DNA from: Camelus dromedarius
Taxonomy: Eukaryota
Direction: 5' to 3'
Length of the DNA: 64,000 nucleotides
NCBI RefSeq assembly: GCF_036321535.1
Contig: NC_087439.1
Span: forward strand, 68,634,001 to 68,698,000
The position numbers were made by a program, and so were the translations under genes. Below the pieces are notes generated by a model. The model was given only the letters and a program-made list of their open reading frames with translations, searched no databases and was not told the origin of the DNA. Within the stretch, counting starts at the first letter, position 1, and every line of letters starts with the position of its first letter. This document shows positions 52,091-64,000 of the stretch, in pieces.

Positions 52091-53119
52091 CGTTACCATG
52101 GATCTGAAGCCCATGAAAATGCAGCCGAATCTAGGAAAATGACTTACTTTCCCTTATTCTCGTAGGACTTTTCCTAATGACTCGGTGTCCCTTCAAGAAA
52201 TTTAACAATTTTGAGGCCTGAAGGGAGAAGCTGGTAGTGAATCAGCTCTGGATAAACCAGGAAAGCCACACACAGGGCAGGCCTGTCGTACAGAGCAAGT
52301 GTCTTCATCAGCTTTGAACAAAGACTTAAAATGTTTCAAAGGGGAAAAAAAAAAAAAGCCGCTGTTTCAAAGTCATTTTTTCCAGCACATTTGCTCAGAA
52401 ATCCCCACCAGCTATCAAAAACATTCTCCCCACCCAAGTGAGTTTTTCAACGACAAATTTAAATGGGAAAATCCCTCTAATTTTTCAGGTGTATTTTTAA
52501 AAATGTAATTATTAGATTCTCCCCCTCCATTCTTTAGGAACACGTTTTATTCTTTTCTGACACTGATCCCTCATCGTTTATAATAACTCTTCACATCAAA
52601 TGTCAATATATCACTTCTTTCTTTTTTGAGGCTCTTATTTAATCCTCGTTTGAGAAAACATTATTCTTTAAAGGGAATGAAAGCATCCAAGGCCACCTTA
52701 ATTCTGCAGCATATGAATTATGTAGAATCATTTTCTCCCTCCCACCATCATCCATACACCCCTGCTGGTGTCAACATATCTAATATTTAGTAGCCACCTG
52801 GGAATTGTATATTAGCTCATTTTAGATGCTAAAGAGATTAGAGAAGGACTTGAAAGACTACTGCTTCAAAAAATAACTACTATTAAGTGCATACACACGC
52901 AAACTCATTATTCTGCTATAAAATCAATCCTGAGAAAAGAAACCTAACTAAATAGAAAACAGTTTTAATTTTTCAAATCTTTAGTCTGACTAGGAATTAC
53001 TCAGATATTGAATTTTCCATGAGGCAGCTGAATCTTCTGGAGTATTACCAACCTGAATTGCGTTACTCATTTAGACTCAATTCTAAAATATACTTTCTAA
53101 CTTCCTATACTGTTAAAGG

Positions 53120-53550
53120 TTCTCTTTCTTTACTTTATTTTTATATGTATATTTTTATTGAAGTACATTTAGTTTACAATGTTGTGTCAGTTTCTGGTGT
53201 ACAGCATAATGCTTCAGTCATACACGAACATATACATGTATTTGTTTTCATACTATTTTTCCTCACAAATTACTACAAGATATTGAATATAGTTCCCTGT
53301 GCTATACAGTATAAACTTGCTGTTTATCTATTTTATATATAAGAGTATCTGCAAATCTCTAACTCCTAATTTATGCCTTCCCACCCCCTTTGCCCCCTGG
53401 TAAACACAAATTTTTCTGTCTGCGAGTCTGTTTTCTGTTTTGTAAATAAGTTCGCTTGTCTTTTTTTTTTTTTTTTTTCAGATTCTCCATATAAGTGATA
53501 CATGGTATTTTTCTTTCTCTTTCTGCCTTACTTCACTTAAAATGACAATT
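53120..53550 (-). mobile_element. L1 3' end (cetartiodactyl-type)
   Basis: 'tttttattgaagtacatttagtttacaatgttgtgtcagtttctggtgtacagc...cttacttcacttaaaatgac'. Confidence 0.9.
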
Positions 53551-53981
53551 TAATTACAAATTTCTTAAATTGTACTAGCACCAAAAAACTCTTTTGCAAG
53601 TGATTATTACTGTGATACAATGTTGACAATTTGTATTTTACACAATGATCTATTTCAAGGGCACAAATGTCTTTAGTATAACTGAGGAAACTTTCATAGT
53701 CCCCATGAAAATAAAGAGGGAGAGAGAACATGATTTTCACTTGAAACAGGGAAAGATAAACCATAGGAGATTTGCCTTCATTATCAAGCAAAGTCAATAT
53801 TCTAGTTCCCATACAAAAAATCCATAGACTCTGTTTAAAGATCTGCACCTTCAGAAATAAAACCATTTAAGCAGCAACAAGCTCCAGGCACAGTATCACC
53901 TGCACAGACACTTAACAAGGTTCCTTTTTTTTTTTTTCTGGAATGCTACTTGTGTAGCTCAACAAGACACAGTAGTGGCAT

Positions 53982-54013
53982 TTTTCAGCTTTACAAATAA
54001 GTAAAGCTGAAAA
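53982..54013. repeat. Perfect 13-bp inverted repeat with 6-nt spacer
   Basis: TTTTCAGCTTTAC-aaataa-GTAAAGCTGAAAA. Confidence 0.95.
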
Positions 54014-55151
54014 GCCAGTTACCCTTTTACAATGGCTGCTGTCACCTGCACACTCTCTGGTTTCTAATTCACAGTAATTTTGTACTAGCGTCATTCCTCT
54101 CAGCGTGGGCTGACATCTTCTTCTGGGACCCCTCCTCAAAGATAGCTCTGGGCCTGGAGTTTTCCATTCTGCTCTGTTTGGGAGCTTTCAGGCACTGAAA
54201 TCCTCCCACCAGAGTCATCCTATCACATAAGGTGGTAGGAGCCCTACATGGCAGAAATGAAAAGTAGTAGAAAATTGTGGCTTTAATCTTAGAAAACAGA
54301 GCAGCAGAGTGAGCTACCCTTAGTTGTCCTCATCGATGTTCTGCTCATGGGGAAAGTGTGACCAACTCAGAAATGTCCTCTATTTGGGGGGAAAAAGAAA
54401 AAAAACTATAGGATTAAGTTCTAGTAGTTGTCATTGTGGTTAGATGGGACAAACATATTCGTTTTCCTCATGAAATATACAATTATGCTCCCATAGTGTA
54501 CTCAACACTGCATTATTCAAGCTCTAGTTCGGGTTAGAAACTGTCTTCTAAAATCTATAACAAAAAAAGAGAAAAACAAATTCAACTATTTTTCTTTGCT
54601 TTTTTAAAACCAATTTTAGTATATTTAAATGGGTAATTAGGGAGGGCAACGGGTAAGACTCTGGATTGTTTCCACTAGAGCTCGCTCAACCTCAGCTGAG
54701 CACTAAGTGGTTTAGTCACTCCAGGTAGACTAGCAATTGTAAGATACAGGTCGACAACCTGTGGGAGATCATATACTTACAAAGGTTCTAGCAATAAATG
54801 TTTTTTTCTGAAAGTAAAGAAATGATGTTTTCAGTATCTCTGCATTTCTAGAATTCACATTAGCTAAAAAGAAAATGAAAGCTACCTCTAGGTCACACAG
54901 TGGCCAGGTGGAAAGTGTTGTTTTTCAAAGCATAACACTGACAAAGAGTGACATTCAAAGTTTTACAATTTTATAAAATTAATTTTACCAGGCATGATCT
55001 CATGTTTACACAGTACACAATTAAGTTTTCATGGCAGTCTAGGAAACAGTGTGCTTTACAAAGGATGTGAATTGTTTATCTCCATCTTTATGTGGACTCC
55101 ATTTAAAAAAAATTAGATGCTGAAAAACCATACTTTCGTAAAGAGTTTTTT

Positions 55152-55287
55152 GCTTTTGTTTTTTCCGTATATATATGTATTTTATTGACATATAGTCAGT
55201 TTACAGTGTGTCAATTTCTCATGTACAGTATAATGCTTCTTGTAGTAACTCATGGTGAAAAAGAATATGAAAATGAATTTATGTATG
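55152..55287 (-). mobile_element. Miniature 5'-inverted (twin-primed) L1 insertion
   Basis: 55152-55239 is the L1 3' terminus on the minus strand; 55240-55287 is the adjacent upstream L1 segment on the plus strand; TSD AAGAGTTTTTT at 55141-55151 and 55288-55298. Confidence 0.9.
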
Positions 55288-57594
55288 AAGAGTTTTTTAA
55301 GGTGTGGATTTTGGCTATTGTACATGGTATAAAAATAAAGGAATTAAACCTCTGAAATTAAATAATTTGATGCATTTAACACTAATAAACTCAACCCCAC
55401 TCTAATTCAATTGATTCATTCATCTCTAGTGAAATTATACTACCTTCAAGATCAGCTTTGTCCCAGATTGAACCTTAGAACATTTGGACATTAATTCATC
55501 ATGCATGTTAACTTTCATACGAAGAAAACTATAATCAAAATCAGTATCAAAGTGGAAACTACTAAAAGTACTCATACTTCAGAAAAAACATTAAACAAGA
55601 GGAAAAAAAAATTTCCGTACAACTTTTAAAACATCCCATGAAGGGGATTAGTTTGTGTTGGTGCCACAAAGAATGTTCCAATGGCAATTAGGGGAAGCCT
55701 GACACTAAGTATTAATTTTAAAGGAAAAGACTGAAAGTTGAGTACAGATACATTATGCGTCCTCTATGCTGTATTTTATAAAGGAAAAATGGCTTTCGAG
55801 TGGAATTTTCCCTGTAGAATTGTGAAGGTCCTCAAGTTGTTTCTCTAGAGCTACCACAGAAAATCAGCATTTGAAAATGCTTCTACATCTTTAAAACTTT
55901 CTCAGCCCTTAAATGTGCCTTACATTTTTTTCAACTATTTTACCCATGATTTATGTACTGCTACTACTGAGTAACTTAATATAAGCTATTTCAATAATGT
56001 TAATAATACTAAATTATATTAACTACATAATTGTATAAATTCCAATGTCCTGATGGAGAAAATGAAGGACATCTCTCATCCTGTCACTCTCTGAATGCAT
56101 GTATATGGGGCTAGGGGAGAAACCTACACAAAGTGGAAAGGGATGGCTCTTTTAAGAAAAATACATTCATACATTTTCTAAGTGGCACTAAAATATTTAT
56201 TGCTAAATGAGACAGGTCTTGGGATACCTGGAAATCACCAGAAACCCAGCATTAGACAATGAGAGCTTTCTATTCAAGTTTTCAACTTGTCCTGAACAAA
56301 ACAAGATGTTCCTTGTGGATGATTTGGTTGCCAGCTTTAAGATGATCTGTCTTCCTTTTCATTACACTCCAGTTTATTTTTCTCCCTTTCTCCTTAACCT
56401 TGAGTGAGAGAATGCTGAACTGCCATAGAAATATAAATAAGTAAGTAAGTAAAAGTAAAGAGGCCCCGGAGGAACCGAGAGAGTAAAAGAGCAAAGTACC
56501 AGGGGTGGAGAGAAAGAGGAAGACAAATCATCTCTTTCTCAAAGAACACAAAGGGAACTAAGGATTTGGGTGGCACATTCACATCAGCTTCCAGCAGAGA
56601 GAGCATCAAGAAGTCGCCCTCTTAAATGTTTCTAAAAGCAAAATGGAAAATATGAGAGTTAATCATCGGGAAGTTTGACTTTATTGAGTTACACATTTAA
56701 TAGCTAGGGGTTTTCTTAAAACTAGCTTACTGGAAATAAGAGAATACTTTTAACTATGTCAGTCAAGTATCTGCTGTCATAGAAAAAGCATAATTGACAT
56801 GATACCAAGTTATGTGCCTTATTACCAACATTGACCTTGCCGTGGAAATTTACGCTGCTAGAAAGGCATACAGTTGGTGCTCTGTAAAGCGAGATAAATA
56901 TACGTCATCAACATTGTAATACCCGGAAGCACCAACTTCACCAAACTGTAGTAACTCAAACAGGGCTGGACTTCAAAAGTTGTAACAAACAGCTCCTTCC
57001 TGACAATTAAAGACGAAGTGGAGCCCAGCAGGGGAAAAAAAAAAAAAGTAATTCCAAATTGAGCAAAAATTAACTCCAAAGCCAACATTTTGTTTTCTGT
57101 GGAGCATCTAATGCGAAGTACCATATAACTTTAACTTTATGGTTAAAACATTCTTTCCTTGAATGATGTTCTACAAACAACTAGCAGAGAAGGATACTCT
57201 AGGACCAACTCACGCAGATTCTTCTCAGTAGGCTGGGTAGGGTCTTGAAACTTAGTTTTTGCCACTGATGTTCTGTCTACACCATGTGCCCTTCGCTTTG
57301 CTTCTTTGGAAATAAATTCCTATTTGACTCAAAGTCTGACACAACCACAGCCATCTGTGAGAAGCTTCCTCTTACTTAGTACTAAGTTAGTTTGCAAGAT
57401 CTCAGTATTTTCATAGCCCTCGTTTATCACTCTTCACTTGCACTTACTTTATTACCCACTTATCACACTGTAAGCTCCTTGAGGACATTATCATGGTCAT
57501 CTTGGTAGCCCCCAATCATCAAGTTCAGTACTCAAGATAGTTTTGTTGAATAAACCAAACTGGGAGTGGGTGTTGGGAAAGTTAAGATCGGACG

Positions 57595-57790
57595 GATGGT
57601 GGTCTTCTAATATGTGATGGGTTATCTCATAGAAGACGACACAGTCTTATTCACTAGTACTCTTGAGAGCAAAAATTAAAAAGAAGCAAATATCATGGGA
57701 AAATTTCTCAACAAGTAGAGCCGCCCAACTAGAGGATGGTCCTTCCACAGTGTAGTGAGCTCGTCATTGGAGGGGGGTCAGCAGGGCCTC
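57595..57790 (+). mobile_element. L3/CR1 LINE remnant
   Basis: 'ggtcttctaatatgtgatggg...tagaagacgac..tcttattc' and 'gtagtgagctcgtcattggagg' follow the CR1/L3 3' region. Confidence 0.6.
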
Positions 57791-58091
57791 TTCACAAACT
57801 TGTTGAGAACCCAATTCACCAGCTTACAAAGCTGAGTGTTACACGCACAGGAAAAGCTCCCTTTTGGATATAATAAATGTGTGTGTATTTATTTATCAAA
57901 AGAAAATCCAAACATTTAAGATTCTTAGGCCCTCGAAGTCACTGACACCAAATTTAGTTACTAAAAAGTTGTTACTCCAAACATGTTTCTAGATTTTAAA
58001 AAGATGAGGCATCTTACAAAATCACATTTTAAACTGTTTACTAGCTTACAAATACATAAAAGGAGAAGCTTATATTCTCATATAGTTTTAC

Positions 58092-58104
58092 TAATTATGC
58101 AAAT
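58092..58104 (+). promoter_or_regulatory. POU octamer overlapping a TAATTA homeodomain site
   Basis: TAATTATGCAAAT (ATGCAAAT at 58097-58104). Confidence 0.3.
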
Positions 58105-59344
58105 TCGCCAGCTACACTTCCTTGTTAGTATTGTTACACTATAATAATTCATGTGGAAGTATGCTACATCAGGGGGCCCAATCATACACCATTGGATGTT
58201 AATTAAATGCCTTATGTTACAGAGGATGAAACATCTACCGGGGCACCAGAAGCGTGCTTTAAAAGCAGGGAGAGATGCTGTTCGTGAGGAGATCTTTAAT
58301 TTCAAAGGGAAATTTTTCTTCTTTAAGTATGTTGGTTTTATACAGCATGTAAAATTTTACTTTCATAACCTTCTTGTGATCAACAAAGTATATGATCATT
58401 GTAGAAAATCCACTAAATAAAAATCATTAAAAACTATCATCCATAATCACATATCCCAGAAATAACTGGTGTTAGCAGTGTATTTTCTTCACGTACATCT
58501 GCATACACACACATACTCCTCTCTCTTCACACATATGCCCTAACACACACCCTATTTTTGCTCTCTGGTATAATTTAAAGGTATTTTAAAAATGCATATT
58601 ATCATCATTGTATCTATTACATATAAGTTCTTAAGTTATGTGTAAAAGAGAATTTTAGAATATTTTTGATTAACGTGCTTCATGATTTCAGAGATATAAA
58701 ATTCTAATTTTTGAGATGCAAAATAATCTGCTTTAAAAAATAAACCACCTACTCTGTGTCCCTTGATAAATCCAATAGCATCTATGTACTTAATTATCCC
58801 ACATAAGCCTTTTAATTGGTCAACGGAAGAAAATCATAAAACTGTAAGTGAAGCTAAAAGCTTCATTCATGTTAAAAGCTACTACCAAAATACATAAGGA
58901 AATATGTATTTATATTACCTCATTCTCAGATATGTTTTGATAATTTTTACAATAGATTTTAAAGTGGGTGGGTAAATGGGTACTTTATTTCAAAACTGAA
59001 CTTGTTCATGCCTTAGATCTTCCTTTTCCAACCATGATGCTGCTCCCCCCACACGTGTACGTCAAAAGGAAGAACTATGAAGAGGCAAAATACACTGTTT
59101 CACACATGCATGATGGCACGTTCTGCATCAAAGTACATTTCTTGGTATGCGTATCACCCACCAAGTCTGCTCAGAACAGAGGACCAGACAGGATGCAGCT
59201 CCCTCATCTGTGCCAAGTGCGATACTGAAGGACAACCACATACCCAACTCCAAAGAGCTTATGTTAGTACCGCATACCATTCTCCAAGAGCTCTCCTGTG
59301 ATGATCTCGTTTGACACATACAAGGATCCTCCAGGACACCATTT

Positions 59345-59465
59345 CATAAATCCAATTACCCTTGGTGAGGTTAAGTGCCTTGTCCCAGGTCGAACATATA
59401 AGGTAAGTGATGCCAGGGCTTAAATCCAGGTGTGCTAGCTCTAAACCTAGTGCTTTTTCAACCAC
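59345..59465 (-). mobile_element. MIR remnant
   Basis: 'gaggttaagtgccttgtcccaggtc...gggcttaaatccaggtgtgctagctctaaacctagtgcttt'. Confidence 0.7.
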
Positions 59466-60049
59466 ATCACACTACTGCAATCAACAGGGCACTCACAATC
59501 AGAACTAAAAACAATTACTCATCAATTCATGAAATGCAGGTGTCTTTTTCAGCCCACACTCAAACAGTAAAAGTGATTTGATCACTTTTGGTTTAATAAA
59601 CACTCTTGCTGCTGATCCGTGGGAGGAGGGTTGGGGTAGGAGAAATTTCCTCTCTCCTTGTGTTTTAAGCTTTCACTCTTATTTTCCTTTTTCCAGCTCC
59701 AGTCTATTAATTTTCAGAATCCCTCTCCATTGTGGAAACGCATTCCTCTTAATTAACTACCTTGATCTCTAATAAGAGTAATACTTAATAAACATATATA
59801 TGCTACTCAAAAGATTTGAAGTTTTTTTATACTTCTTCTCACGCTTCAGTAATGGCCAGATATATGTACCATTTGCTTCACTTAAATATATTTTGTCCGG
59901 GACCACTGAAACATAGCTCCTTTACAGGATTCAAATTTGTCTCAGCAGATATTTGCTTGGTAATTTAAAGTTGAGGAATTATTTCTATTTTCAATTATAT
60001 TTTAATCTTACACTTAATACTCCCTTCTCTCTGTCCAAACACCAGTTTT

Positions 60050-60530
60050 AAAAAAATGTATTTATTGACCCTCTATTCTGTGCTGGGCACTAGGTGTATG
60101 GCAGAAAATCGGTGCATTTGCTCATGAAGACAGTAGACCAGTTGAGGGACCAGGTAAGGCAAATACAAATAAATACATCAAAATAAGAGCTACCATGAAG
60201 GAAAAAAACTGGTTAAGTTTTGAGTACAGATATACTTTACTTAGCCTGAAAGATCAAGAAAGGCGAACATCTTTCCCAAGGAGATATTTCATGAGTATGG
60301 GAAGGATGTCATCGCCAGGTGAAGAGTGGGGATCAGGATCAAGTTTGGAATGGAAGAAGGGAAAGGAAGCTTCTGTGGTGGGTGCAGAGGAGCAGGGAAA
60401 GAGCAGTGGTGATGAATCTGGAGAGGTAGCAGGGCCAGGGCATTCAGAGCGGTGAGCCATGCTAAAGACCCTGAATTCTATTGTAAGAACATTGGAAGGG
60501 TTTAAGCACAGAGAAGAAATGAGCACTGTA
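60050..60530 (-). mobile_element. L2 3' remnant
   Basis: 'tttattgaccctctattctgtgctgggcactagg...' followed by purine-rich L2 text ('ggagaggtagcagggccaggg', 'ggaagggtttaagca'). Confidence 0.75.
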
Positions 60531-60729
60531 TGGTTTTGGTTAAATTAACCCAATGCCAATACTAGTCTGGGAAACAGGGTCTTTACTAAAGAAGCCAAGT
60601 AACATGGGGCTACTCTGTAATGGCTTGTGGCCTTTCCCTCCAACTGTGGGAGAAAAAAGGGAAGGATAACTCTCATCTTCCCAAGCTGTAACATTCAAAG
60701 ATGCTACACAGTGAATATCAAGTGCTTTT

Positions 60730-61098
60730 TTAAAAACTGACATATAGTACTAGTTTCTCACTGTAGGTTTGATTTGTACTACTCTGTTGATTAGTGATGT
60801 TGACCATCTTTTTTCTTGAACCGGTTGGTGATATATATGTCTTTTTTGGAAAAATATCTATTCAGATCCTCTGCTCATTTTTCCATTAGATTGTTTATTT
60901 TCCTGTTATTGAGTTGTACAAGTTCTTTATATATTTTGGATATTAACTTTTAACTGATATATGATTTGCAAATATCTTCTCCCACCTATTCAACAAATGA
61001 AAAGGCTACCTTTTCATTTTGTTGATGGTTTCCTTCACTGTGCAGAAGCTTTTCAGTTTGATGTGGTCCCATTTATTTTTGCTTTTGTTGTCCTTGCC
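60730..61098 (-). mobile_element. L1 ORF2 fragment
   Basis: 'gattagtgatgttgaccatc...ctattcagatcctctgctcatt...cactgtgcagaagctttt'; near-identical flanks tcaagtgctttt (60718) / tcaagtgatttt (61099). Confidence 0.8.
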
Positions 61099-61579
61099 TC
61101 AAGTGATTTTAACACTGAATACTTGGACTCTTCAAGATTTATCTATAACATGGTGTCCATTTATATAACTATAAAATTCCTAATGATCAAACCATAACAG
61201 GGAATGCAATTTGCATTCACCATTTTTCACGATAAATGAAAGCATTGTTAGGTAACAAGCTAGAGTCTGAAGGTATTTTTAGTGCTATTAATCTTCTGTA
61301 AGTTCAATTGCCTGCTTAGAACAATGCTTTTTCTTCTACTATAGCAATAATGCAAACTTACACCTGTAGAGCTCCTTCCATTTCAAAGCATATTAGTTCT
61401 TTAATGATAGCGACCAGGTGTTCATTTTCCATTTTCTCTTGAGAGTGCCCAGCATACTTTGATATAAGTACTTTGTTTATTTAAAGACAAGTAATAACTG
61501 TTCATTGGAGATGTTATTAAAAAGGAAATGCAATACATTAACAGAAAAAAAAAAAAAAAACTCCTCTAGAATACAGTTC

Positions 61580-61910
61580 TGCCTGTGTCACAGTGTGGTC
61601 CTGGACCTTGAGTGGTTCGTCACTGCTCAAGCCCAGGGCACTCTCCACAGCCTAGAATCCACTTATGCTCACAGATTATTCTCATGCCATCTCCCTCACC
61701 AGTCTGCTTTTGCGTCTACTGCACCTCCCCACACACAGCTGTTCCCAAGGATGGCATGAAAGCTTTCGCTCTGGCTGTTCTTCTAGAATGGCCTGTCCAT
61801 TCTTCCCTATGAAATTCAACTCCTTTCAACATGAATCCAGTCCACACTGACAAGGTGTGTACCACGAGATGATTCAACATCCCCTCCCTTTCTGTATCTG
61901 AATGGTGGTT
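61580..61910 (+). mobile_element. L2 remnant
   Basis: 'gctttcgctctggctgttcttctagaatggcctg...ttccctatgaaattcaactcctttcaac'. Confidence 0.55.
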
Positions 61911-62683
61911 TAATTCTTGCCCATACAGAAAAGTCAACTACCTTCGCATCAATTCTAAACATGAAAGCAAGCATGGACAAGGAAATCTGTAAGCAAACTG
62001 AAAAAGAGTCATCCAGAAAGTCCAGAATATAATTACTAATTTTTAAGATCATTAAAATGATAACGGGACACTGCGCTTGGGGTTCTCCCAGTTAGCACCT
62101 ACAACACTCAGGAGTCCATGGAACCAGTGTGACAAACCCTATTCAATACGACTGATTTGTATTGTAGGAAAAAAAGCTCTGAAAGCTTCTTTCACAAAAT
62201 CCTGACATCCCTGTTGATTGGAATAGTTCCCTCTCAAGTAAGAAGGTCCTATTAGTACCAAGTAGGGACTACAAAATGAGCCACTACAGTGAGAAGACTT
62301 TTGTCTGAAAGGCAATCCATTCTTTAGCTGCCAAAAATGTACAAAAATAAGCCAAGTAAAATCAGTAGATCTGCTTTGGGACCAAAGAAAATCCTGTTTG
62401 CCTTTGATTGTAATCAAACTCTCTTCTTATATATCTTTGGCACAGCATCATTTTCTCCTTTCTCTCTCTTCTAGACTGGATTTTAACATCTCTGCCACGT
62501 AATACTTAAATAAGAGCAGTTTCACTTCTGAACACATTATGAAAACAATGAAATGTCTTTATAGTAGCTAATTAAGACATGTGGATTGAGTTTGTTCAAG
62601 TTTTTATATAAATGTGGTATTTAAAGAATACTTTCCTCATTTTTAGATGCAGTACTAAGAAATTGTACTTATTTTCCAATTAC

Positions 62684-62837
62684 CTGCGCCGGACACCCAG
62701 GTCACCCCTCACGTGCTTTTGATCTCAGCAGCGTAGCTCAAAGAGTAAAACTGCATTTCCCTTTGAAGTGCAGCTTCTTACTCCTAGTTTTTCTATTCAT
62801 AGCAAAGTTCAAGTAAAAATTGTAAAATACATAGCAT
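62684..62837 (-). other. Candidate non-coding exon (154 nt)
   Basis: Minus strand ctttgttttcttag/ acceptor and CAG/gtaatt donor; stops in all frames. Confidence 0.25.
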
Positions 62838-63869
62838 CTAAGAAAACAAAGCTATTGGGCTAAACTTAGGAAATGAAAGTGCAGACAACAGAATTTGGTT
62901 ACCTTGCTGGCTAAAACCTATTACTTATTCAATTAATGAATCAAATAGTAAATCATTTAAATAAAAACAGCTAACACTTTTAAAGTATAATAGATAAATT
63001 CCAGCAAAAATAGCTAGAATTCTCTAAACTCAACTTGCCCACCAAGTCCAGATTACGAACTATATTTCACACATAGAACAGAGACTGAATGGAACAGCAG
63101 CTGCCCCAAGGAAGTGCTTTCTCCTCCCTTCTCTCTAGCTGCAGAGAATGGAAGTCATCCTGGGTCTCCTGTGCCCTGGAAATTGACACAGGAAGTCATT
63201 CTCAGCTGGACAACAGCCATCATGGGAACATTAGCCTCATTTCCCATTTCAAAGACACAGTGGTGGGAAAATTAATTCCTTCTTTTGAAGGAAATAAACT
63301 TGGTCTACATGGTCTTGAAATCTTCCTTAGTCTAAATACTCAGACAACAATGGCAGAGTTCAAACCCTAGTTCATTAAAATAGTTTATTGGAAAATTCAT
63401 ATGCTAGATAATTTGTGAACATTTTCAGAATCAGCCCCCATAACAAGGCATTATTTAAACAATGCTGTTAAGTTCAAGGCTAGAAACTACCACTCTTCCT
63501 GGTAGCCCTTCTGATTTGGACTGAGTCTAGAAGGGCTTCTGGAGGAGGGAGATCTGGAAAATCCAGATTACCCTATGATCCTTCTCACCTTTCACTTATT
63601 TGCTAACACCTTAATGAGCACCTGTCATGTTCCCCGAGTTTCAGGAAAGGAAACTACTAATGGAACAGAAGCGCAACCTCCTATCCCCTCATGCCTTCCC
63701 GCCTCTAAAAAGCAAAAGAACAACAAAAAAAAAAACTCACTAGAGACCAAGCACCAGATTTCAACTTGTAAGACCTAAAGTGGAGTCCCAGTTATGCCCA
63801 TGATACGCAGAAAGCCGATGGATGTTACTGGGCCTCAGTCTCCTCCTCTTAAAATTGAGATAACACTGC

Positions 63870-64000
63870 TTTATTATTTTATTTTTATATAAACATTTTT
63901 TATTGAGTTATAGTCATTTTACAGTGTTGTGTCAAATTCCAGAGTAGAGCACAATTTTTCAGTTATACATGAACATACATACATTCATTGTCACATTCTC
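63870..64000 (-). mobile_element. L1 3' end (camelid-type), runs off the window
   Basis: 'ttttattgagttatagtcattttacagtgttgtgtcaaattccagagtagagcacaattt...cattgtcacattctc', related to copies at 31.5 and 39.6 kb. Confidence 0.9.

Larger units (their letters stand above)
51004..52477. repeat. Diverged direct repeat pair (51004-51209 and 52290-52477)
   Basis: Collinear shared blocks: acagagcaa; gctt..aacaaaga.tt.aaatgttt; gtttcaaa.tcatt.ttt.cagca.atttgctcagaaatcc; aaattt.aatgggaaaatccctc. Confidence 0.85.

Noticed and set aside
1-64000. CRISPR arrays, operons or other prokaryotic systems; rRNA genes; CpG-island promoter
   Set aside because: Sequence is repeat-laden mammalian DNA with no regularly spaced repeats, no rRNA-like segments and no extended GC/CpG-rich island.

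Overview
AT-rich mammalian nuclear DNA, not prokaryotic. It is most likely camelid (alpaca/camel-like): it carries a tRNA-derived SINE and cetartiodactyl-type L1 3' ends, and I saw no Alu, B1/B2, Bov-A/BovB, PRE-1 or SINEC copies. I could not confidently identify any protein-coding gene; the six-frame ORFs look like chance ORFs, repeat remnants or artefacts of N gaps. The window reads like one large intron or an intergenic stretch. Long A-tracts outnumber T-tracts on the + strand and several candidate exons lie on the - strand, which hints at a minus-strand host transcript. Content is layered transposable elements (L2, MIR, L3/CR1, MER3/5A/20/45A, old L1M, young L1 3' ends, one SINE, one solo ERV1-type LTR), three N gaps and a few repeat-free, motif-rich blocks that may be enhancers. 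The best-supported observations are mechanistic: a miniature twin-primed (5'-inverted) L1 with an 11-bp TSD, an L1-in-L1 nested insertion with a 10-bp TSD, a head-to-head SINE/L1 unit, a solo LTR with a 4-bp TSD and a diverged ~200-bp local duplication. A possible hAT-transposase fossil is weaker. I found no convincing new biological system. Repeat family names come from my recollection of consensus sequences, not from a database search, and boundaries without a TSD are approximate.
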